Source: Amoebidium appalachense (taxonomy: Eukaryota > Protista > Ichthyosporea). Taken from it: a DNA stretch of 64,000 bases. The notes beneath the pieces are model-generated. The model saw only the letters and a list, made by a program, of their open reading frames with translations, was not told where the DNA came from and did not search any database. Position numbers and translations under genes: made by a program. Location of the stretch: assembly GCA_963693365.1 (NCBI GenBank), contig CAVNZM010000004.1:11560468-11624467 (forward strand), written 5' to 3'. Shown here piece by piece: positions 53,103 to 64,000 of this stretch; within the stretch, counting starts at the first letter, position 1, and the number at the start of each line of letters is the position of its first letter.

Positions 53103-55822
53103 GTCATGATTCTGTATTAAAAAATTCATATCATACTTAAGCTCCACATGCATGCCGTTGAAACATGCATCATTTGCGGCACTGTACACATGTGTGTGTG
53201 CCTGGCACTCGGATGCGTCTATTACATAGCCAGTGATTAAGCCTTAATGAACGGCCTCGATCACGGGCACGGGCCCCCGGTCCACGGCCACGGCCCCGTG
53301 TACGCTCGGGCTGGCAGTCTGCATTTTGCAAGCTTTTCACCAGAATTATTTCTGCATGCAACTTTGAATTATTGTTCTATTCGTTTCCACGGAGTGATCT
53401 CGTATCGTGTGCGCGCTCACTTATACGTATATACATCGTAATTTTTTCGGCGCACGTCCAAAATTGGCAAGTTACTCGGTGGCTCCGTGCAGGGACGTGC
53501 ATCGTGCCGCCGTTCGCCCACGGTACGCGACGCATAAAATCGCTGCAGGGCCCAGAGTCTACAGACTGACAGATATTCCCACTTTTTTATTGTTTTAATT
53601 ACATGTATCCCATTATTACTACCACATACACAAATCAAATTACATACACGGATCTTACACAGTGTAAAGCTTAAGCTTTTCTGAGGTGCGGCGGTACGGT
53701 ACTTACACCTGGGCCATCGTCATCATGTGAAACAGTGACTTCTTCTTTGATGATGTATGCATTCCCCGCCCTATGCACCTAATTTTTTCCAATCATAATG
53801 CATCCACAATTAGACTTGACAAAAATTGACTTGTGACCATAGCCACGTGGCGTAACTTGCATGTTGTAAGTTCCGGGAACTTGAAGCTGTCATCCTTGCT
53901 GTGAGCCTGTGAGTCATGACACACGCTGACCATTAGATCACACTCACCGGTTTGTTTACATTGTCCGATTGGATGCTTGTGTTCGGCTTCAACCAATCGG
54001 GTTAAGTTCAACTCCCCCAAGAGCTGACAGTAGTTGAAAAACCACCCCCAAATGCCAGAATTTGTTTAATGACTTTACAGAAGTTTTTGCGATATTCAGT
54101 GTTCCGCCAACGTCAATAAGATGATAGATTGTCGCGCACGTTTTCCTAATCTGTAACCAACACATGTACCCTTCACCTAGCCACATACACATTATGTACC
54201 ACAGCCACCCAATTTCAAGGGAGCTCAAAGCTTATGTTACATACTATATATACTGCAGCTAGCTGTACGTACCAATCGTAATCGATCGATGCATATTTTC
54301 GCGATCTATCGATATGTCAATGTCGAGCTCGATGGCATTCCATAGCTAAGGCAGAGGCTCATTTCCCTAGACGCATGCACAACATGGGAGCATTTAGCTA
54401 CTCGATTCTTGCCACCAACATATTGTTTCACATTCGATACCCTTTTTTGTGAAAGTCGTGTTAGCGTTAGGGTTCGGTTTCCAGATTTCCATGGCATTTC
54501 TAATTTTTCCAATCATGACATGCATCCCGGGCTGGGCGCCTCCCAAGCCCCTTGTAGAATGTCTATGTATTAAACCAAATATCTCTATGGTGCGAGTTAT
54601 GTTTCCTTATAAACCAGCTGCTGGTACTGACCTTATCTACTAATATGCAATGCTTTATTTAGTGCAATAACACCAGCAACGAGTCAACGACACTGATAGA
54701 AAGTGCCTACTCAACAAGAAGGCTTATGCCTCCCCCTACACTCCGCCTTGGAATCAAAGCGTCCTGCGTTTCATTGGTTGACTGACTGCATGCGAAAACG
54801 TTGACGAATGTTAGACCAAATTCATTTCATTATTTTTAACACATATCTTATGTATTTAGTATTTATATAATCTTTAATGTAATAACTGCTTTAATACCTA
54901 GCAATGCAAAACCCAAAAAACAGCACATAAGCTTACCTGGTTGCTTATTTAGTTAGCCGCATTCCAGGGCGATTTTAGAAACCTTCCTAATGGTGTTTGA
55001 TCACATCTCTATCTTAGTGTGCCATGGTACAAGCTCATTGGTACGTATTTGCACCAATGGATATAAGGTATGAAAATTCAGGGCGCCAATCAGATCACCC
55101 TAGGCATTCGAAATTATTTTTTGACTTTTTGTGAGCACTTCCAGAAGTTCCAGGCTGCAGCTTCGGGCAACTCGCAAGTACAATACTGTAGTCTCGCAGC
55201 TTGCATTCACTTTGTTTGTGCACATGTAGTGTTGTGCCTCCGTTTTAGTTTGCCAGCTCCGAGTATACAGAAACACGTTCTGTAGCACGGTAGAAAGGGT
55301 CGTATGTGTCTACTAGACCTGCAGTAACATCAACAATAATAGCTATAGCAAGACTTATCATCATCAGCATATGTATTCTTGTGGGTTGGAATACGTGTAG
55401 TGCCATAACGCCTTTTGATTTTGAGCTGAAATGAATGCTTAGATAGTGATGCTTATTTATCGTAAGATTATATGTATAATTCAGAGCCCCTCTCAGTATT
55501 GTTTGGCACACCACACAGGGCTCTGTCTGATTCTCTATTTTCACCAATTTACGTTTTGTGTAACCCCGTGCAAACATTATTAAGGGAAATCACTCCCTGC
55601 TCACGACTATCGCGAATACACGACGTACAATAATGATCAATTGCAGGACAACGTGAAAGACAGCACTCTTCTCAGTCCTTCTTAGTGTACCTTCTTTCCG
55701 AAACGAATATTTATCAGCCTTGCCATTATATCAAATAATAAGCGAGAAGAAGTCATTTGATCCGAGTTGCAAAGAATTGTGACTGTACAAAACGCACCAC
55801 CACACTGCCGTATCAAGGCAGA

Positions 55823-56481
55823 ATGAGGCTAAAATGGCTCAGGCCCACCGTGGCCTTTGCCTGTGTGCTTGTGGCAGTTACATACGTCACAGGCCACAGT
55901 CTAAGCCAGGACAACGGCATACAATTGCAAGCTGGTGAGTGTCCTGTATTAATACTTAGTTAGTATTGGTTATCGTGTGCGGGGGGTTTTTATTTTTTTT
56001 TTTTTTTTTTTTTTTTTATTGTCTGTGCAGAAAGTGAACTTCATTTCGTCAATATAGCGACATGCCTTGTCTGACAGTGGCTGCCAGATATTACTAATAG
56101 TACACAGGTGTGCAGCAATTTACCAGTGATTGTCACCTGCACAATCACCCATCCAAAAACACAAGCACACACATGGATACTCACGACTGACAAAGCAACA
56201 TGTTTTCTTACCAGGCATCTTCTGTATTTGCTTGTGAAATCAGTCAATGGAAAAAGTATAAGTTGCTGGTATCACTACTCGTTTGCCAGGACGGGTAGCC
56301 AAGTAGGGTTCCCAATCAGCATCACACCAACACATGCACACAGCCAATTCGGAAACAAACACACACACCGCACGTTTCCCTGCCGCACCAACAACATAGA
56401 CACGAGTAAACTTAGGGTATTGCGGGTACCTTTGCATTATAGGGACGTGCAAACAAACATGCACACAACAACACGCACGTG

Positions 56482-56518
<37 letters not shown>

Positions 56519-56947
56519 CGACCAGCACGCATGCACTACGTTTCACGGCATGTATATGTACTGACATTTTACGCAAAACAGATTCTGGAAGCTTGCCAAT
56601 AGACGAGCACCATGTGAGGCAACGGCAGGCTGACAACCCATATCAATCTACAATTAACTTCGGTAGTGAGCCGAATTTCGTTACCATTGATGCCGTCCCC
56701 CCGGCCGATCAACCGATGTTTGCAGATTGTGCAGACGGCCAAAGGTTCATCGACGGGATAGGGTGTGTAGATATACCAAAATGCGCTGCGGGATATATCT
56801 TGGATGATGCAAAGATAACCTGCATAGACATAAATGAATGCACCGCGGCGGCCAGTCGGAATGCAAGCGTGTGTACGACCAATGCACAGTGTCTAAATAC
56901 GGCCGGAAGCTTTCGGTGCCGATGCAAGTGAGTCCTGTTTCCATTTT

Positions 56948-56995
<48 letters not shown>

Positions 56996-57824
56996 CTCTC
57001 TCTCTCTCGCTTTTGATCCATTGGTTAACTGGTATTTTGATATGGTTCTCAGCTGTGTAGGTGTGTGTGCGGGGGGGGGGGGGGGGGTTATTATGCTAAC
57101 GGTAACCGTTGCAAGGTGCCTACAATGGTTTGATCATATGTTGTATCTGGTTGAACTCTTAGCCCGGACATCACTTGTCCTCCTATCCTGTGCTTATTTG
57201 GGCTACCCCGCCCTCTTCTTCCCTTCACGCACGCGCGTAGAGTGTACACTTACACGCAGGCACGCACACACACAACACACACACACCGTAGCCCTCTTCA
57301 ATTAGCTCCCAATGACCAAGTACAAAGGCACACCCAAACTGTTATCCCAATTTACCGCATTGGCATAAACATACGTGCATAAAAAAGATATAAAGCCCCA
57401 TTCCTCCTAACCCCAACCAATAACATCCACCCCTCTCCTATCACCCTCAGACCTGGGTTTGCAGCGGTTGCGGGGCGCTGTATCGCACGCACAACATGCC
57501 CCCCGGGATACAACTACTCAGCCGAGGCCCGTGTGTGTCAAGACATAGACGAGTGTGTGGTCCTCCTTGCAGACAATCAGAGACGGTGCAGCCGCTCTGC
57601 TGTTTGCGCCAACACCCTCGGTAGTTTCACATGCACCTGTCGTCGTGGATACACGGGTGATGGAAAGACGTGCCTCCGTATCCGTTTCACAACCACTTCG
57701 GCACCAACCCCTACTGGGACCAGTCAGGCTGTGGAGTCATCTGCTGCAATTGCTTCCATCCCAACCACTGGGTCACCGGCTGAGGCAATAGCAACGGTAA
57801 CCATCCCTCTCTCTTCTCCCCCCC

Positions 57825-57855
<31 letters not shown>

Positions 57856-60309
57856 AAAAAAAAAACCCCCTGCGAAATCTGGAATGCATAAGACACATGA
57901 TTACAGTTCTACAGTCGGAAATTTGGAAACCTAAAACTGTATATATATCTGCTATCACCCACCCACCCACCCACCCACCCACCCACCTCTCCCTCAGCCC
58001 TCCTTTTTTGTTATCCTCCCCCCCCCCCCTCCCCCCGACATGTCCGCTCTTCAATTCAATCCGATATAAAACCCCTCTTACTAACCCATTTAATTCCGCA
58101 CACAGACAGCGTCAGCCAATGCTGCCTCTCCCGTTATCCCAACCACCACCCGCCCATCGGTGGCTACCGTCGTAACCTCTTCAGCGGAACAGCCGGCACC
58201 ACCCACCACCTCTTCAACCGCACCACGTGCTTCCTCCCCGGCATCCAACACAACAAACGGAAACGTCGTGATGATTGATTCGTTTGACGATCTAGATCCC
58301 TGCTTTGGATTGGTCGATAAAAATACCGGCCTATTGATTCGCAAGGAGTGGCGTGAATTGACCCAACTACAGAGGCAGACATATATCAACGCCATTAGAG
58401 AACTTGTTGCTGCTGGGAAGTATCGGACGATCATTCCATATCATGAGCCCGACTATATCGAGATGGCTGGGCACCAATCAAATGCATTCCTTCACTGGCA
58501 CCGCCATTTTTTGATGCTCTACGAGCAGCAGCTGAGGAGCCTTGGGCCCAAGTACAGGTATGGCAATCCCCATCCAACAGACGGTCCACACACGCGCGCA
58601 CGCACACACACACACACACACCTTGCCTCGATATGGGCAACCAGTGCAATCTCAGAATGGCGGATGTATATCACGTAGTCCTCCGCCCTCCCCCCCTCGG
58701 CGCTCCCCTTCCCTTGTCCTTTGCCTGGCCTTGGGTCCCAAACCATGCAAACATCGCCACACTCAACCACACCTTCTCTAAGTAGGCTCCACACAGAGAT
58801 ATTGCACACACCCCATTGACCATGCCCCCCTTAACAGGTGCGTCACCATTCCATACTGGGATTGGACTTTGGATATCAAGGACGACATCTGTGAAACCCC
58901 CAAGATCACCGTCATCGACGAGTTGGGGGGGACTGGTAACGCGTGCATTGAGAAATTTGGTGAAAATTTACGCTACCCGGTCAATGACAACCCAAAACCG
59001 CTCTGCGTCACTCGGCCATTTGGGCATAGGATGGGTTGGCGGCCCCCCGGTCCCATCGAAGTATCCAGGGGGGTTATTGATCGGCCGGATTTTGGTTCCT
59101 TTCAGTCTCTGCTGAAGGCGTGGCACGGTCTGGTGCACAACAGAATCGGAGGGACTATGGCGGTAAGGACTCCCCCCCACCCCCAACACCCCCCTCCCCC
59201 TATTGCTTTTGTAAGAACCCCCGTTTTAAATTGGCAAGCTGTTATTGATACTAGTCAGCCAAGCCCAAAATCAACCCATTACGTGAGCGAAATGTAACAC
59301 AAAAACATCAACCTTCATATGCTAGTCACATACACATCAATTGAAAGTTATTCACCTTAAGAGCACATCCAAGGACTACATCCGGGGGGACCATACAGAT
59401 TCTCACTATCTCACACGTACATCTCCCTCACAGGATATTGCCTTTTCACCCAACGACCCCCTCTTCTTCCTCCACCACGGATTTGTCGACAAGATTTTCG
59501 CCACTTGGCAAGAGTGCCACAATCGGGCCAAGGACCCCGGCCCATATGCACCGCCGTCGTTATATCTCCCAAATTACGCTATCCCATATCCACACGAATT
59601 TGATGACCCGCTTGCAAATTTCCCTACCCGGGTGACACCGCGTATGGTAAACGACATCTCAAAGTTGGGATATACGTATTCGGGGGACAGGATGGAGACG
59701 GAAAAATCGTGGTCCCCACTCGGTGGATGCCGGAATATGCCCCCGTGGGTCAAGCAGATACGCCAAACCGCACGGCGCTCGGCATCGGAAAACACGGAAA
59801 ATGGAAATACACGAGAATTTGTGGATGAAATTTTCAAGCTGTTATCCAGCAGCCGCATTGCCCGCAGGCAGAGTGGTACTTATCCATGTGCCGACCGTCA
59901 GAATGACGTTCGTCGCCAGGCTCCGACCAATCAATTCATCGGGATGGAACTGAACCGAACTGTGCCTATTCAGGCCACGGTGACACCCCCCGCCCCATCC
60001 AATAACAGCGATTCTATGGACAAGGCCCCTAGCATGACGTGGGTGCGATTCATCAAAGAATATCCAGAACTCGCAAATGTCAACGATATGCAGGATGAGA
60101 AGAATTTACGTCAGCATCTATCCAAGCAATGTACGGAGTTTCTCGGCAGGGCCTATGCCCCGGGGAAAACATTTGCTGAGATAGTCCGGGATGCTGCTAA
60201 GCTCGAGTGCTCTGCGTTTACTCCGTATGGCCCATTGGATGAAGAGACGAAGAAATTTTTGCATTTGGAGGATTTTGTGATGCCCTGCGAGACCCTCCCA
60301 TCGCCATAA
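55823..60309 (+). CDS. Secreted tyrosinase (type-3 copper protein) with N-terminal calcium-binding EGF repeats and a Thr/Ser/Pro-rich linker, 818 aa
   Basis: Exons 55823-55934, 56582-56927, 57451-57796, 58106-58557, 58838-59162, 59434-60309, phase-consistent. Signal peptide MRLKWLRPTVAFACVLVAVTYVTG. Ca-EGF repeats DINEC..CLNTAGSFRCRC and DIDEC..CANTLGSFTCTCRRGYTGDGKTC. Tyrosinase motifs IRKEWRELT, CuA (YH..GHQSNAFLHWHR), PYWDW, CuB (WHGLVHNRIGGTM..SPNDPLFFLHHGFVD) and LGYTY. Confidence 0.93.
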
Positions 60310-60365
60310 CAGATCTGAAATTCTCGATGTGCACATACAGTAACTTCAGATTTACGTGTGCACAG

Positions 60366-60403
<38 letters not shown>

Positions 60404-62805
60404 CCATATATATATATAAATATATACGCGTATATGTCACGCCTGTGCCAAAGAAATCTAAATTTACCAGAATATTTAATTCAGCAGTTCCGTAGTCACC
60501 ACCTGCTTTCAGAGAGTTGATTGTCTTTACAAGTGCTGGGTAAACAGTATAAATATTTGTGGTAACAAAACAGTTTGTGCTAATCTATGTACGATGATTT
60601 GATTATGTGTCTGTACCGTGCCCATATGCATAATGACTATGTGGTGTAAAAACTACCATATTTAGGCGTGGATGGTGGACAACAACATAAATCCGGCTTC
60701 TGTCTGTGACAGGCCAGCGTAGTTGTTCCCACATAAATTGTTGAAATTCCAATCTCCGGCCCACCCAGCACACCATGGTCTGGGCCATGGCAAAACTCCC
60801 CGTTCTTCCGGCCAGATTCCCCCCCCCCCCCCACCACCACCAAACACACACACACACACACACACACATGCACCAGCCACCCCCGTGGTGGCCCCGTCTG
60901 CCTAGTTTTGCCCTTTACCGTTGCTCGCTTTTACAACCCTGAACACGGCCTGGACTTGTTGCTGGCAAGTGACCCATCAAAGTCACTTTGGGGGGCTCTG
61001 AGCATTTCCCCCCCCCCCCTTTCCTCCCCCTCCCCCTCACCACCCCTCCCCGGGCCCTTCCATCCCTCCCCGGCCGGCCTACCTACCAACCCCGAGCAGG
61101 CTGAGTGCAATAACCCAGTGTTCAAAATAAGGTTGTAAAATGGGGATCATTGTTGCCAGAAATCGGGTATCGACCATGTCCATGTCGTAGCCATAATTAA
61201 ACGAATGTACGTATCATACCCACATCCGATCGAGCCCTCCCTTACAAGCCTTCGTGACACCAAACACCCTTCGTGACACCAACACCACCACATGTCCCCA
61301 GCCTTCAGAGCTATGAATGTCGTGCACTTTTTAATAATATTCACCCGTACAGAACGTTTCCTGAACTAGCTTTGAATCTTAGCTAAGCCCAGGATGCCCA
61401 TTGGGAGGACGGGGAGGGGTGCACAAACAAAATATATATAAAAGACACGAATCTTCGAAGCTAACCATCCATTGCATAGCATATACGTAAAGGCTCGGAG
61501 TTAGGCCTATAGGGCAAAGCGTGTACGGGAGAATTAACTGTGCAGGGGGGAGGGGGGAGGGGAGGATGGGGGGGGGGGGGGGGAAGGGGTATGATTCCAA
61601 AACCACTTGATCAAGAGAAAAAAAAAATGTATCTTGAGCATTTAATGGGGGGAGGGGGGGGGGGGAGGGGGGTAATGATTCCATTGAATAATCAGCAGGT
61701 ACTTATGAGGAAGGGGGATCGCTGGGGGAGGGGGCGGGGGGGGGGGGGGGGGGGGGGGGAAGGGGGAGGGGATAGCTATGATACCAAAAACCACAGACCA
61801 GGCATAACTTGAATCATCAGCATATATTGATAGCATACGCTGTGTTGATACACTAATATAACAAATCACAATGCATTTGTATGCTGTACAGTGTATCTGA
61901 TGCCCACTTGCACCCGGTGCATCTATACGCACAGACGTCGACACACCCACGCATACGTGCACATCTGCAGTCACCATCTGAAAGACCGTGCATAGAACCA
62001 CATCAGTACACTAGCAGCACACATGGCACCACAGCCCTCTCAACATTACGTAACATCTATCTAAGGTCGTGTGCATGTGTTTTTGCTAACATATGCAGCA
62101 CACCCAACCAATCAAATGCCATGGTGCTGGTATGATGTCCCCATACCAGAGACTCGTTTCCCAGTGGCTGGGTCCTTGCATTCATGAACTTCACCTTTCA
62201 AACCCTGCTTTACAAGCATTAGTCATTCCTGACTGCTTGCACCGTGCGGACACAAGGAAAGACCCCGCCACCCCCCCCCCCCCCCCCCCCCCTCCCCTCC
62301 CCTTCCCCACCACACACCCACCGAAAAGTCTTCAGTTCCCTTATATGGCAAATGGCACAGGAATTCTAGGTTGAAACTGCACCGATCGAAAACGATATAA
62401 CCAGACTCCTATGGTACACAAGAACAAGGCTAAGGACTTTATACACGCCCGCCACTTAATGAAATCTTTCTGCACCTTCCATTTTAGGCTATATGGATTA
62501 TCCCCAAATTCGGCCGTGATCAGAGGACGTGACCAGAATGAATCCCGTAAGAAGCAGGTGTCGATACCACTGACTGCTCATATCTGTGTATCTCCCCCAA
62601 TTTCTGTGGGATACACTCGGCGTGTGCATACTGGGCTAATGGCACCGGCCTGATTGGTACCGAGAATGGGCATTGGCGCAATATGCTGAGATATACGGTG
62701 ATATACAGCCGTGGGACGGACTTGGGATGTTGATGCAGAGACGCATCTGCACGTGTGGAGCTCTTATCGTGGCCTGCAATGCAGCAACCGCGTCAGTAGC
62801 AAACC

Positions 62806-62981
62806 TCAGAGTGCAGACATACAAATGGGCAAATAGATGCCGGGGACATTCAAATTGCCAGAATACAAACGCCCGTAGGGAGAGCAAGGGGGGCCCGTTG
62901 CTGTGATCAAAGCACACGGCCACACCACCGATCATTGTTTGTTTTGTGGGTGGAGTGACAGTTGGGTGGTTGGGTGGTTTT

Positions 62982-63029
<48 letters not shown>

Positions 63030-63348
63030 TTTTTTTTTCTTTTTTCTTTTCTTTTTTTTTTTTTTTTTTGGGGGGGGGGGGGCGGGAGGTTGTGGTTATA
63101 GAAACGGAGAGAAGGATAATGAATGCACAAAAGCCAAACAGCGAATACCTTCATACACCACACACACACACACACACACAAACAGGCAGGCAGGCAGACC
63201 CAGACACATGAAAGAACACAGGTACCCGTGCAACAACATGGAGCACATATCCATACCCACAGCACACACGACCAACAGAGAGGAAGGACGAAAGAGGATG
63301 ACGGTGTGGTGTGGTGGGTGGTGGTGGCGGGGGCGGCGGTTGTGGGGT

Positions 63349-63412
<64 letters not shown>

Positions 63413-63623
63413 TGAATGCGTCAAAAAGTACGAAGTACACAAGAACAAACGGATAACACGATGCAGAATGCAAGCCATACATAAAGATAGGGGGGAGGGT
63501 GCAGCATGAAAGACACCACCAGACGAACAAACATGCCGAGACATAATGTACGTTGGGGAGTGCATACCTCTTTGACTCGCCTTCGTAACTGGATGGACCC
63601 AGACGAAGCACCCCGGGCTGGCC
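62806..63623 (-). CDS. Possible last exons of an unidentified minus-strand gene entering from the right edge
   Basis: Candidate exons 63568-63623 (ag/gtatgc) and 62806-62900 flank a typical repeat-rich intron. They splice to ASPGCFVWVHPVTKASQRATGPPCSPYGRLYSGNLNVPGIYLPICMSAL-stop. No family recognised and the frame is ambiguous. Confidence 0.25.
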
Positions 63624-64000
63624 CTATCAATCCAACCCCACATGTGAGAAATCATGCAAGTGTGAATGTTTTTCTCTCATACTACCATGTTGCACGTGCT
63701 GTGACTTCATGCCAACCTTACAAACATAACATGAACACAGCCGATGTTGGGCAGGCAGAGGTGTTTCTGTTCACGTTGATGCAACACATGCATGATGCCA
63801 GTTTCCCTCTCTCTCTGTCGTTTTGTTTGATGTTTTTAAAGTGCATGGCCCAATCGGTATTGTGAGTGCCCTGTGCCACAGGGCAGAAGCACAGCATGAT
63901 GGAATGCCGGGCAGGCAAAAGCTCTGCAGTCACACTAAAAACAACATATGTTGCTCTCTTCTTATGTCCCTTTATGCACATCCCCCCCCCCCCCCCCCCC

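Noticed and set aside
53989-54040. LGGVELNPIG on the minus strand, similar to the 2A-like GDVELNPGP of some LINEs
   Set aside because: It lacks the essential D and the NPGP ending, is followed by a stop, and has no downstream APE/RT remnant.
54459-54480. Telomere-like GTTAGCGTTAGGGTT (telomerase template or interstitial telomere)
   Set aside because: There is only one perfect TTAGGG unit, which is expected by chance in 64 kb.
56582-57796. Both EGF-bearing tyrosinase exons are exactly 346 nt
   Set aside because: Their phases and content differ, so the equal length appears coincidental rather than an exon duplication.

Overview
Intron-rich eukaryotic DNA. Nearly every intron is packed with poly-C/poly-G, (CA)n/(GT)n and (CT)n tracts, so most entries in the ORF track are repeat artefacts. 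The gene set suggests a unicellular holozoan/opisthokont (inference only). Splicing by hand on GT-AG boundaries with phase checks gives five genes and one retroelement. (1) The 5' half of an intersectin-like tandem-EH gene, minus strand (1-6157). (2) A divergent mitochondrial ribosomal protein mS35 gene (6968-12499). (3) An intact two-ORF APE/RT non-LTR retrotransposon (about 13310-17858) with a 55-nt poly(A) and a candidate 8-bp GC-rich TSD. (4) A cyclic-nucleotide phosphodiesterase of at least 29 exons, PDE10/11-like, with apparently three GAF domains (about 19249/21219-39335). (5) A 1661-aa protein of unfamiliar architecture: MSP-like Ig domain, SIM-like and DPR motifs, charged repeats, a C2H2 finger and two ZNF451-type PIN-like domains (40963-51290). 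(6) A secreted Ca-EGF + mucin + tyrosinase (55823-60309). A further minus-strand gene may end near 62800-63620. The best candidates for new biology are the MSP-ZnF-tandem-PIN protein, the EGF-tyrosinase, the triple-GAF PDE and the retroelement target site. All family assignments come from recalled motifs and were not checked by database searches.
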